From contig JAPEUI010000063.1 of NCBI GenBank assembly GCA_026025075.1, positions 1 through 64,000 on the forward strand: a stretch of DNA of 64,000 nucleotides, in the 5' to 3' direction. The translations under genes and the position numbers were made by a program. The stretch comes from Vezdaea acicularis. Its lineage: Eukaryota. Of the stretch, positions 25,345-37,590 are shown one piece after another. How positions within the stretch are numbered: the stretch's first letter is position 1; every line of letters starts with the position of its first letter. The notes under the pieces were generated by a model. It was not told the origin of the DNA. It was given only the letters and a program-made list of their open reading frames with translations, and ran no database searches.

Positions 25345-25812
25345 GGCAGGCCCTGACAACCCAAACTGCAACTTTCTTATCAATTAACTCATACATCAAG
25401 TTGTGCAGTTGTTTAATAGATGGCAAGCATTATATTGAAATTGTGGGCAATAGCTGAATAAAGCCAAGTGATTTTCAGAAAGATAAAAGATACCACAAGT
25501 GTAACTCATACTGCACAGAGAACATTCACTACAACAATCTGGGCCCACCCTGTGAATGAAGCACAACTAGACCTATTGGGCTAGGCTACCATATTTAGCT
25601 TGAACACTAGCTCCTCCCTCTGATGTATAAATAGTGTCCACTTCCCACTCTTGTTCTTTTTTCTTCCCATCAGAGTAGCAAACTTGCTGCCTGATCATCA
25701 AGTAAGTCTTGTGTGCACTCAGTGCTTGGACCATCCTTTTGCTTCAGCTTCAGCTTCAGCTTCTGGTCTTGCACCAGCTTCCCAAACTTCCTATGGTGGT
25801 TTTCAATGAAGC
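25345..25812 (-). pseudogene. CpG-free degenerate relic with a possible chromodomain fragment
   Basis: No CG dinucleotide seen over ~470 bp; minus strand reads DGKKKEQEWEVDTI (25671-25630) and EAEAEAEA, broken by stops and frameshifts. Confidence 0.35.
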
Positions 25813-26133
25813 TCGTCTAGCCCGGCACATCTACCAAAGTGAGCAACGCGTTGCCATAGAGCTTTCTTTTGCTCCATGACATGAAAGTTCCTTGAGAAGA
25901 ATTCTTCTATTGCGTGACAACACCATTTGTCAACTGTTAACCCCTACCTAAGGGACGGGTTGTCACGCGGGAGTACCATTACGACGTGAAAGTTCATCAC
26001 TTTTATAACACAAGAGTACTATTACCAAATAAAAGCATTATATTTTCATCAGGCGGGGCCGCTGTCATTGCATAGGTTGCGATTATCTTTGTTCCTATCT
26101 CTTTGTGTTCGCACCCCGCTTACGCGTGTACAG

Positions 26134-27300
26134 ATGTCTTATCCAGGCACTTACGTACCAGATCAGCCAGACTTCGAATATCCAAGACCTCAAAATTCCC
26201 GCTGGAACAGTTTCGTAGTCCCAACATCCCAGTCACGGCTGGAAGACTTTTTTAAGGAAAAGACGAAGCTTGCAATAACTCATGTCGCTTCCTACTTAGT
26301 TCGACACCACCCCCGAGCCAAGCTCCATCCGGATGACAATTATAACCTTGGTCTTCTTCTCGGCGCATGGGAATCAATCACAATCAACAAGCGACTATAC
26401 AAACATGTTCAACAAGCATTGAACATCCTTGGTGATTGGGACCCTAACCGTAGCCAATTCAGATTTCCGCCACCATATCCCGAGCGTGCTGAAGCACTTC
26501 GTGACAAAATCGAAGCGGAACTCGAAGCGAACGAAAAGGAGGTTGTTGATGAAGTTGAAGATGTCGACGATGTTTCTGGAGCTACCGAGTCGCGCCCATC
26601 CAAATCACAAAAGGCTCAGGCTCAAGCAATAGCGAACACCGCCCACATCCGGATTCCTCATAAAAACCACCCAATTTATGGCGAACAGGGCATCATGCGG
26701 GGTGTTTTGCTCAAAGGCACTGCAAAACGTACATACCTCCTCAACGGCGCTTTTCCGCGTGGTGATTACAAAGCCTATGGGAATAATGGATTCACAGTTG
26801 GTGACTGGTGGCCCTTCCAGTTGTGCGCCCTTCGAGATGGAGTTCACGGCGTTAAGATGGGTGGCATAGCTGGCAATCTAGAGTTTGGCGCCTATTCTGT
26901 TGTAGTTTCTGGTGGCAAATACGAGGATCTGGACAAGGATTGCGGTGACATCATCTATTATTCGGGCAGCTCCCCGATCGATGACAGCAAGCCAGTCAAG
27001 AAAGGTTCTAAGCCCGAAATCAATGTTACTCGAGCTACTCAGGTCATGCAGCGTTCTGTCCGGGTTGGACGACCTGTTCGCGTCCTTCGTCAGTCTAGTG
27101 GCAGATCGAAATTTGCTCCGACAGTTGGTTTGAGATACGATGGGCTCTACAAAGTAACCGCAGAAAAGGACGTCCAGCACAAAGACTTTGTTTTCAAACA
27201 ATTCACTCTAGAGCGCTTGGGCGGGCAGCTCCCCATTGATCAAATGCGACCAACACATACTGAGAAGACAGACTTTGGACTTATCGCGGAGGGTTATTAA
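26134..27300 (+). CDS. Stand-alone SRA/YDG domain protein (putative 5mC reader)
   Basis: GNNGFTVGDWWP.QLCALRDGVHG..MGGIAG...GAYSVVVSGGKYEDLDKDCGDIIYYSGS, PVRVLR, GLRYDGLYKV; no SET or RING motif seen. Confidence 0.9.
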   Translation: MSYPGTYVPDQPDFEYPRPQNSRWNSFVVPTSQSRLEDFFKEKTKLAITHVASYLVRHHPRAKLHPDDNYNLGLLLGAWESITINKRLYKHVQQALNILGDWDPNRSQFRFPPPYPERAEALRDKIEAELEANEKEVVDEVEDVDDVSGATESRPSKSQKAQAQAIANTAHIRIPHKNHPIYGEQGIMRGVLLKGTAKRTYLLNGAFPRGDYKAYGNNGFTVGDWWPFQLCALRDGVHGVKMGGIAGNLEFGAYSVVVSGGKYEDLDKDCGDIIYYSGSSPIDDSKPVKKGSKPEINVTRATQVMQRSVRVGRPVRVLRQSSGRSKFAPTVGLRYDGLYKVTAEKDVQHKDFVFKQFTLERLGGQLPIDQMRPTHTEKTDFGLIAEGY

Positions 27301-28581
27301 GGCTTCAGCGGATTCCTTCTACCCTGCCACACGATGTGGATTACGGTATGCTGCCGTCACTTTGGCTGAGCTCACCTTTTTAAGACGAAAAGATCTCCTT
27401 TAAGAGAAAAGATGACTACTTCACACTTATTACAACGTCTGGCTTTTTGCTCCTAGCCTTGCAGTAGTTTGCCGACGGTGGACATGGCTTTCTTTTTTTC
27501 TCTCCGCATGGGGTGCGAGCCACTTGCCTTCACGTATAAAACGGCCTGTCTCTGCTTTCTTGGTTTTTGGGATTGGACATAGATACCCTATGCATTTCGG
27601 CACTTGTTGGGAGTACCTTCCCGACTTCAAATTTCTTCTTGGGTAACCCCTTTCCTAAACAGCTAAAGATCTGTCTCCTTTATACCCATCTTGATTCATC
27701 AAGGTTGACGATGTTAGAACTTGATGCTTGCTAATAAAATCCACTTATATTCGAGAACTTTCCAATTTTATGAGTCGTATGAGATTCTTATACTACATGC
27801 ACGACGTGACAATCTTATCTTGAATGCTTCATCCGGGGATTTCTCGAATCTTCGCCACTTAAAACCGATATGCTCTAGAGAATACCCTACTGGCGCCCAA
27901 GGTGCTTGCAGTAGGGCGGTACTACTATAATATTGATCCAGAAGGTGACCTTTGTTAGTTCTTCACCGCTCAAATTTCGAAGCGCTCCGCAATGTATATT
28001 CTCAATGAACTGAGGGCTCAAATCTAGCTCTTGTCCCTCGCTGGGAATGATCCTTCTAATAAGCAGAAGGAGTGCGTGTAACTTGAGGGTTTAACCATCA
28101 ATAATCTTGCCTTCATACTAGATCATGAAACGTCGATGACAGGCAGATGAGCTCAACGTTTACTTGTAGATGTGTGCAGGTGAGCTTCCCCAAATCGTCC
28201 GCTGGTTCGGCTTGGCAGCAGTTGAACAAGACGAGCGCTCTCATTCGTAGGCTATCGAAATGCTCACTATATCAGAGGGCTGCCACGTAATTGACTACCA
28301 AAATGCTTACCATGTTGAAGAATTCTTGTACAATGAACAAAGGATATTGCATGTTCAGTCCTCTATATATCGTTTATCTAATGATGCCCCACACAATCTA
28401 GAGCTCCCTTGTCACTACCAAATCTACCCACCAAGAGCACGGCCACTGTAGCCGTTGATAGACAGGAAGGACCTCACGATCAATAAAAAACACCTTCGAA
28501 TGATATGACAAGTTTACAAAGCCGCTCGAGACCGATGACAATGGCAATAAAGAACAAGAATCACGAGCATTCTCGTAAGGT

Positions 28582-30330
28582 CTAGTCCACGGCATTCATC
28601 CTAAAAATTGAAATGATTAGCGTGGAACCACGCAGGAAAGGTTAGACAAAGGTACCGAGTACTGCTAGACACTTGAAGCGGCTTTAAGTTTTTACTAGAA
28701 TCAGGGTCGTAAAGGTGTACGAGTGTACGCCAAAGTCTTTCTTGGAAGACGCTGTAGGTTGGTTTAGTCCATAGTAAGTGAGTGGGTAGAAAGAAGTACT
28801 TACGTATTGGTATCTGTCAAGGAAGCGTCAGACGTCGAAAGGGATCGTACTTGGTGAAACTTCAGCTTGAGGCTTGAGGATTCGTGATTGCGGAGAAAGT
28901 ACGAGAGACTATGGGCAACCAGGGGAAGGAAACGAGCTCGGCATGACAGCGCTGGCAGAAAACCAGGACTCCAGAGGCTGGGTACAATGGTGGTGAGTGA
29001 AGTTCCCCGTTCTTCTCGTATTGCTCTCAAATCGTGACGAATCTTAGTTGGTACGCTACCAATGAACATACGCAGAGCAGCGTCTGTAAAACCAACCAAA
29101 TCATTTATTACAAATTCTTCTTCATTTGGTTCAGAATTGTCCCATATAATGTCTTCTGGAAGCCGCTTGGAATATATCGGGTTCGAGACGCTGGTGGTAA
29201 GAGTTGGTGGCGCTGGAGACCTAAATAGGTGGGAATCAGCTTGAGTGAAAAGCATGCTCTCACTCTCATTATCCTCCTGATCTATATTGATATCCGACTC
29301 GCCCAACATCTCGTCAATGCAGTGGAAGAGGAGGCCGTTGGGATCGTCATCTTCGAATGTTGCCATGTCTTCTAAGGTTTCGTCCAGATTGTATAACCTG
29401 TTGAGAGCCATCACCTCCTGAACTTCTCCATCTGCCACTCCCTCTTCGATTGCATCCTGATCCCCAAACAAAAGCTCGTCATCATCGCTTGATCCACTTG
29501 GCTCCTTACAACTAGGAGGAAGTAGAATCTCGGCCTCTTCAACAAAGAATAAGGGGTGAATCTCTTCAAGAAACCCTTCCTCCGGACTGGAAGACGGAAG
29601 CTCAAGGTCAATTATCTCTGGAGATTCATAAGAGACTAGCCCATCACGAGGATACGTTGAGGATTGAGTGCCGTTCAAATCCGAACGGTAAATAACATCA
29701 GCAAAGTCACCTGTGGTCTTTGGTCTTTTCGGGTGCTGCCTGGATGATGGGTAAGAAAACAGAAGATGAAAGCTAATGGAGTCGACTGATATGGTGAATA
29801 CACCATCAGGAGGCACAACACTAGCAAGAGAAAGAACCGAGGATACTGGATGTGCTCGGCTACCCGTTATTACTTCAAGATCCTTATATCTGATGTGGAT
29901 CAAGATAGTTGAATAACCATCTTTTGGGTATCTCCCGGCGGGAAAAGAAAGCGTTGCTTCGAGGTGAAGCTGGTCCCAGAACTTATTACCGTTAGTCGGA
30001 GAACCGCAGTATGAATCAACGCAAGGTTGAAACGACTACCTCGGCATCTCTTAAGGCCTTCCCCAGCTCTTGAACCCGAGGTTCGATTAGCCACGAATCG
30101 TTAGGGGCAGTCCAAGGGCTGAATCTAACATAGAAGGACAAATGGAAGCCTGTGCCTCTAGAAGCCCAGATCCGTCGCGATGACAGCAATTCAAGCAGTT
30201 CAGCGGGGTTATGGAGAACAAAGGAATTGGTTAGAGTGTGGACATCGACAGACCCAATTGCAGAAAGCGAGAGACTCGACTTAGTACTTGATACAGAGAG
30301 ATGGCCAAGATCTATCTTGCTAGCGGTCAT
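28582..30330 (-). CDS. Hypothetical protein with acidic central region (multi-exon, boundaries approximate)
   Basis: MTASKIDLG...LRDAE|FWDQLHLE splices in frame into ORF 28800-29903; next exon RLQERLWRTLVHLYDPDSSKNLKPL. Confidence 0.6.
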
Positions 30331-30859
30331 CCCATTCGACCAACATCTGGATAGCAATGGGTAACGACCAGAGGAGCCTCGTTTGTGGCTTTGCAAAGAT
30401 CTGTTGCATATCGGCGCGGAAAATATAAAAGCCCGAACCGACATTGGGCTGTAGTTATACATGCAAGCCAAGAATTCGCCTACTTGCGATATATACTTGT
30501 TTGAATAGCGTGCACCCCTTCATGAAGGGCACACGGTGATTTGATGAGAGCTTTTTCAGCTGTTACAGTTGCCACTGTGATGACACTTACGTCGTCACCT
30601 ATGATTGCTATCACGGACCCTTTGAGAGAGGACTGTAGTCGCTTTGATTGGTGCAACAGTGAAGCGAGTCATCCAATCGCGTAAGAGAGCGGGTGGGCTG
30701 TACGCGAACTAAGGCAAGCCTTTTTGCAGCTTTTGCTGCAAGGCATTCGCGTACCTGAATACCCATGCCAGGAGACGCTTGTCGTGGCATCTTTAGTTGA
30801 GAGGTTATCAGAGGCATCCGATTTAGCATTCTATGCTTTGGTCTTAACATTAGGAAGGC

Positions 30860-33800
30860 ATGGCTTACGATCAGCACTCGCAGTATCAACCTCCAAGCCG
30901 ACCTTACTACAGCAGGAATGCCCCGGAACCTGCCCCTCAGCCATACAACGCTTCGTACGGACAGGCAGGCTACAATGAACAGAGCAATGGCGACTATGAT
31001 TATGATGAGCGAGGTTATATGCAGGGCATAGACTCGAGGATTCCTTCAAAAGCTACTGTACCTTCAAATTATCAGTCTCAGGCTCAACACCAACAAGACG
31101 ACTGGCACACCAATGACCAAGGTGCCGGGCAGCTAGGTGGCTGGGGGTCTGTTGAGCATGATCAGACCAGAAAAGGCAATCAACGAGAAACGGATGATAG
31201 TTACGCGAGAGGCTATGGTCAGGCCCATGACAATGATAGATCAAGACATAAGGATGAACAGAGGCGGATGGCGGATGGACGGTCACAGCAGTCAAGTACG
31301 TCCTACACCCTTTTGAAATGGACAACCGTGCTTGAAACATTTCAAGGCCTCTGCTAGAATCGCCCACTAATCTCACGCTTTTTAGGCGCATCCAGCAATT
31401 ACAAAACTAGGGAGCCACCCCAGGACACTTCAAAGGCTACGAGTTGGGACAATCCATTTCCGGTTTTTGGGAAAAAGAGTCTCGAAGGCAAGCGAAAGGA
31501 GGATGATGGCGACAGAAGTCTCAATGAGGCCATGGCAAACACGAATATATCTGCTAGGAAGCCTCTCTCTCGTCCAGGGACATCGAATAGCAAAAGGAGT
31601 CAAGGTTCAGCGGATGGTCGTTCTCATCAATACGCTGATGCCGGCCGATCCGGGCACCCAAGAGTAGCAGATCCGGCCGATTTCGCTCCTGAACCAGTAA
31701 CCACAGCCTATGAAGTCGAATCTCCATATGAGCCGAGGTCAGCAGCGCCCGGATCATCAGCAAATACATATCTTCGTCAGCCGCGATATGGTCAACAACA
31801 ATTACAAGAACCTCACACAGCGCCGGTCTCTCCCGCCGACCCAAGCTTCCGTTACGATCAGCCTCAGCCACAGCGCAGTATGACAATGCCTAATGAGGTC
31901 GCGGGCTATAAGGGCCCAGCTGGCCCCTCATATCGGCAGGGTTCGGACCGCAACGGCTATACAAATGGCAATACCCCTCCAACATCCCACGCTTCTACAG
32001 ATCGAAATGGAGGACAATATAAGCAAGGAAACAGCACTGGGGGTCAGTATGGGTCAGCTGATGCTCACACTCAATCTCAAAAGCATGATAGCTTCGACGT
32101 TCTTGATTCGTACTACGGTAACTCTGCTGAGCCATTCATCACAAATCAGGAAGAACACGTGCCTAACCATAGTTCTGCTGGTTCCCCCGGATATCACAAT
32201 GGATCAGGAACTGCCCGGGGAACTGGCTACGCTGCCTACCCGAGTAGTCAAGTCTCCAGAAGCAGATCACAGCCCGATCTGCGCCATCAAAATCCTGGTA
32301 GCCGAGGAGGCCCACGAGGATATGATAGAGATGCTCCTGATGTTCCACCAATGAAACGTCCAAGCCCTTCTAATCAGTATGGTGGGGGCCGACGCCCACC
32401 ACCTGGCCAAGGCCGCGATCCATACAGTGACCCATATCGCCAGGGGGCTGGTGCCGCACCTCGATCACCAATGGATGGTGGTAGAGGGGGGTATCCGCCA
32501 AGAGGCCGTGGTGGTCCCCCTGGTCGAGGTGGGATAGACTCTCGAGGACACAGACCAAACGATAGAGCTGGTGGTCGTCCTTATCCCCCTGGCCCACCAC
32601 GCAGCCATGGACCTCCTGACCCCCATCGTGGGATACCTCGACCACGAGGTGGACCCCCACCAAATGTACAAGATCCACGTGCTCTTGGTGGGCGTAGACC
32701 TAGTGGGCGAGATGCAGCTTCACAGAATCCTGATGCTCTCCCGGCGCACCCAACGCCTGTTAGGCCAGGTCTAGTGCCTGGATCTACCATAAACCAGCCT
32801 TCAGATCCTAGTCCTATAAGAGAGGGGAGCGACAGACGGCCTACACATACCTCTCGCTCTTCAGGGGGCTCTAAACATTCGTTTGATCGTCGAGCGTCCC
32901 AACCAGCTGTCACTTTCCAAGAGCTTGAGGAGATTCAGCGTACAGTCAGGCAGAAGCCTGGAGACCAGGCGAATCAGTTATTACTCGCAAAGAAATGGGT
33001 AGAGGCCGCGGCAGTACTCGCCAATGACGGAGGCAGGGCGGATGCTAGAACGGAGGCAAGAAACCGCGAAAAATACATCCTCGACGCTGACAAACTAGTC
33101 AGAAAGCTTGTTGGCCAAGGATACTCCGAAGCAATGTTCTACCTCGCTGATTGTTACGGCGAGGGTAATCTTGGCTTGCGAGCCGACCACAAAGAGGCGT
33201 TCAGCCTTTATCAGTCCGCCGCCAAGTTAGGGCACGCACAAGCGGCCTATCGAACAGCAGTTTCCTGCGAGATTGGTGTCGGAGCTACCAAGGATCCCAT
33301 GAAAGCTATACAGTGGTACAAGAGGGCAGCCGCGCTAGGCGACACACCAGCTATGTATAAAATGGGCATGATCCAACTCCAGGGTCTGCTAGGTCAACCG
33401 AAGAATCCAAGAGAAGCTTTAGTCTGGCTCAAACGTGCGGCAGAGCGGGCTGACGAGGAGAATCCACATGCATTGCATCAGTTGGTAAGGCTTATCTCTC
33501 ATCTTAGACTTTTGTGCATTCGTCTGACGGTCAAATAGGGGTTATGGCATATAAATGCAGGCCCAAACGATATCGTGCTTCGCGATGAGCCCTACGCCCG
33601 TCAGCTCTTCTTCCAAGCGGCTGAGTTCGGCTACAAACCGTCCCAATTCCGCCTAGGAGAAGCTCATGAGTACGGATTAATGGGCTGTCCAGTTGATGCG
33701 CGTACAAGTATAGCCTGGTATAGCAAAGCCGCCGTCCAGGAGGAACATCAAAGTGAACTCGCGCTCAGCGGTTGGTATCTCACTGGCTCCGAAGGTATCA

Positions 33801-34142
33801 TGCAGCAGAATGATCAAGAAGCCTACCTTTGGGCAAGAAAAGCAGCTCAGGCAGGGTTATCAAAAGCCGAATATGCCATGGGATACTTCACTGAGGTTGG
33901 CATCGGGTGCCCACCAGATCTCGAGCAGGCCAAGACGTGGTACCAAAGGGCTGCAGGTATGTTAACTTCGGGGATAAGTTGATGTTGGTCTTGCTGACAG
34001 TCTTTCAGGGCAAGGTTTTCCAAAGGCTCGCCAACGCTTAGATGATCTGCGGAGAGGAGGTGCTAAAGCGCAGAAGTCTAGAGAACGACTATCACGGTCA
34101 AATGTCAAGCAACATAACGAGGGAGATTGCGTTATCATGTAA
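30860..34142 (+). CDS. SKT5: Sel1-repeat chitin synthase activator (Chs4/Skt5 family) with C-terminal CaaX
   Basis: Sel1 repeats (EAMFYLADCYG, AFSLYQSAAKLGHAQAAYRTAVSCEIG, SELALSGWYLTG, AEYAMGYFTEVG); last exon ends EGDCVIM*. Confidence 0.88.
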
Positions 34143-34763
34143 TCCAAGAGAGATCTCGCAGGTCGAGGGCTACGCTCAGATGGTTACGAATTACAACATA
34201 AGGGATGTAATAAGATATAAGAGAAGAACTTTTGCTCTCTAACATATGTTATCTCTTCATTCCGCTTCTTTTACTTCAATGGAATTGCATGGTCGTTACA
34301 CGTTCGCATTTAACCACCAAGGCTCTGGCTTCATTTGCTTGTTCATTTGCATAGGCTCGGCGAAATAGCATTCCTACAACCTATGTCACTATAGTCTCAG
34401 GAAGGTTAGATGAATCAATTGAACTAAGCATACGTGAATATTTCGGAAGCTCTTCTCTCCCGATTCCGAGGCGTTTCCCACCAAGTGCGGCGTAAATTCC
34501 GCGAAGAGCGGCGTAGATTACCAATTTCACCGCCTTCGTGGCAGAAACGAATATCATTAATAAGGTGCTGAAATATGCAATGAGGGGAGTCCAGAAGAGT
34601 ACACCCTACTCAAAGTTCCCATATAATAGGATGACCCTCCCCCTTACGAGAGTAGTACCAAATTTGGGATTTACTACTGTACACCCCCAAGTATCAATTC
34701 CTACCTACGCGCCACACACTCCTCCCCCTTGAAGAGCTAAAAGCGCAAACTGAGTTGGGGAAG

Positions 34764-35768
34764 ATGACAAAGTCGCAAACTCCAGTTTACTTCATTAGCC
34801 ATGGTGGAGTCAGTTCTTATGTCTACTACTCTCAATGGCCGCTCAATCACTAACCCCAACAGCCAAATATCATGTATGATACATCCCATCCAGTATACCC
34901 TCAACTTGGCAAGATCGGCAAAGAAATCACCCAGAAAGTAAAGCCCAAAGCCATAGTAGTGTTCTCAGCTCATTGGCAAGGCGGGAAGAGCACAATTGAG
35001 GTTAACACCGCAGAAAAGACAGATTTAATATATGAGTATGTATAAGCGGATCTCGTGCACAGCATAAGGCTGATTAGGCCTCAATGGGCAGCTTCTACAA
35101 CTTTCCGAGGCATTACTACAAGGAGACTTTCCCAAATGTAGGAAGTAAGAAAGTTGCAGAGAGAGTGTTAGAATTGCTGAGGGAGAACGGGATTGAAGCC
35201 AGGGGCGTGGCAAGAGGGCTGGATCATGGGGTCTGGGCATGCTTCAAATGTGGTATGGAAACCTTGGACCATTGGGTTACGGATTCCATATGAGGTTCAG
35301 CTAACAAAATTAGCCTTTCCAGAAGATACAAACCCGCTCAATGTCCCCATCGTGCAAGTCTCGCTTTTCGACAGCGAGGATCCAGACCAGCACTACAACC
35401 TCGGAAAAGCAGTCCAAGCCTTGCGAAGCGAAGAGAACCAGGTAGTCGTCTCAGGAATGGCAGTGCATAATCTTGGCGGTCTCAAAGCCTTGTTGATGGG
35501 AGATGCCACCCCAGAACCGTATACAACAAGCTTTGACTCAGCCCTAAAGGAAGCGGCGACTTCTAACCCAAAGGAAAGACAAGCGAGGATGGCAGCCTTG
35601 CTGAAGAGACCGGATGCAAGACAGGCACATCCCACGTTTGATCATCTGCTGCCAATCTTCATAGGAGCCGGCGCCGCTGGCGATGATAGGGGAGAAAGGC
35701 TGTGGACACTTGAGGAGGGAAGTATGAGCTGGGCGCAGTACCGGTTCGGTGAAGTCGATGCAAAGTAA
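34764..35768 (+). CDS. LigB-family extradiol ring-cleavage dioxygenase (4,5-DOPA dioxygenase-like)
   Basis: TPVYFISHGG|PNI, VFSAHW, RGLDHGVW, VPIVQVSL, SGMAVHNL, AHPTFDHLLP. Confidence 0.9.
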
Positions 35769-35861
35769 AAATTCCCGCACCCTTCGCAGGGTCTAGACTC
35801 AAAGGCTCAGTAACCATCTTATAAGCTTTTAGTTCGAATGTGTTTAAGCTCGGTGAAGTCG

Positions 35862-36330
35862 CTATGATCCATCTATCCCCGTCTTCACTAGTCCTGTGAC
35901 TTTATCCTCGATTTCCTTATCCGTCAACCCTAACATCCAATTAGCACGCATCACAATGAATCCAGCGTCATCTGTAGGCCTTACCTGCGAGGGATTCTTG
36001 CTTCTCCTTCCCAAAATCTACTCGCCCATCTATTAGCACTCCATCGATCTTGACGCAATGCGGCATTCCCTACCGTATCTGGCAAAAACCTTCGGCTCGG
36101 TCCCAGCCGCACCCCGTAACATAATTGGTGTCGAAGGGTTGTTCTTCTTCATAGTAGGATATGCCCTCGTGAGGAATGACCTGCCGCGTCTACAATTAGC
36201 TAGGGGCCAGAACCTCCCAAGAAAGTACCAAGCGCAGAACATACCGCGTCGCCGAGCTATGCTCAGAGGTCTGGCAGAATAGAAACCGCACCTCTCTCAA
36301 GCTCTTCGTAAACGCATACTTGCCCGACAT
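35862..36330 (-). CDS. NDUFA2: Complex I accessory subunit B8 / 10.5 kDa
   Basis: MSGKYAFTKSLREVRFLFCQTSEHSSATR|SFLTRAYPTMKKNNPSTPIMLRGAAGTEPKVFARY|...|GLTDKEIEDKVTGLV. Confidence 0.92.
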
Positions 36331-36565
36331 GATACCGAGTCCGTGCGATCAGTGTTCGACGTGCAATTACGCTGCCCCTTCGTGATATGTGCATCGAGAT
36401 GCTACTTTCGCCTCCGTAGCGGGATAAACGGCGGCTCGTCCCCGGTCTCGGCAGCATGACGCTAACTCCGACCAGTCATCCCCCAACAATCCCCGAATCC
36501 ATAAATCCTCTTCGTCATACTCTTTCACTTTCACTTAACTCTCCCCTCTTTCAACGAACCGCATC

Positions 36566-37279
36566 ATGAATCCCACGATGCGGCCCTTCCAGCGCGTTAT
36601 GCAGGCGGCCCGGACGGTGAAGTTTGGGACTCGGAAACCAATCGCACACCGCAGATACCAAACCACGGACGCTGCCGCGGGATTGGCACCGCCGCCGCAA
36701 ACCCTCGCGCAGAAGATGTGGAATGGGCCAGTGGGCGTCAAGACTGTGCATTTCTGGTATGCCAGATGTTTCTTTGCTAATTCATGAAAGCTATACGGGA
36801 TTAAATACTAATGCTACGATTCAGGGCGCCGGTTATGAAGGTACACCCTTGAAGAACCCTACCGGCGGCACGCGAGCGAGGCGAGGCTTATAACAGAATA
36901 GTGGGCAATCGTCCTAGCAGGCATCTCCGACTTTTACCGCCCCGCCGAGAAGCTCTCCCTGACCCAAAACATTGCTCTCACGGCGACAGGCATCATCTGG
37001 ACCCGGTGGTGTCTGATCATCAAGCCAAAAAACTATTTGTATGGCCACCACGCTTAGTATCCATCTTGATTACCCAAGGGCGCTTTTTGACAAAAGACTA
37101 GACTCGCGGCGGTAAACTTCTTCCTTGGAGTGGTGGGCTCGATACAAGTGTCACGGATATTGATGTACCGGCGCTCGGTAGAAGGGAAGAGCGTAGAAGG
37201 GGATCTGAAGGAGGCAGGGGAGGATGTGAAGGTTAGGGCGAAGGGGGTGGTCCAGGATGCGAAGGCAGCGTTGAAGTAG
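36566..37279 (+). CDS. MPC2: Mitochondrial pyruvate carrier subunit (Mpc2/3 type)
   Basis: WNGPVGVKTVHFW|APVMK|WAIVLAGISDFYRPAEKLSLTQNIALTATGIIWTRWCLIIKPKNY|LAAVNFFLG. Confidence 0.92.
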
Positions 37280-37590
37280 GGAGAGGCATGAGGCGTAGGG
37301 AGGAAAGAGGTATGCAGCGCACAAAGCCACGCAATCCAATATAAAACTGGAGTGGCCCAGTGCTACAAATGTGAAGCAGCTATTGCTCCTTAGGGTCCAA
37401 ATGTCTTGGCCAATGCAATGCCTTTGCCCGACCTTTTCGGGCAATATCGTAAATCCGTATGGTTTTGCAAGGCTAGACGCATGGATGTACTTTGCAATTA
37501 ATATCGTAATGGTATCTGTCCTGGGTAAAGAGCATATACATCCTCCCTTTCCCAGGTATTATCCCAACTTACTTGCCACGCACAAAAGAC

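Noticed and set aside
23369..35768. Secondary-metabolite cluster around the oxidase and LigB dioxygenase
   Set aside because: No backbone enzyme or pathway regulator; intervening genes are unrelated
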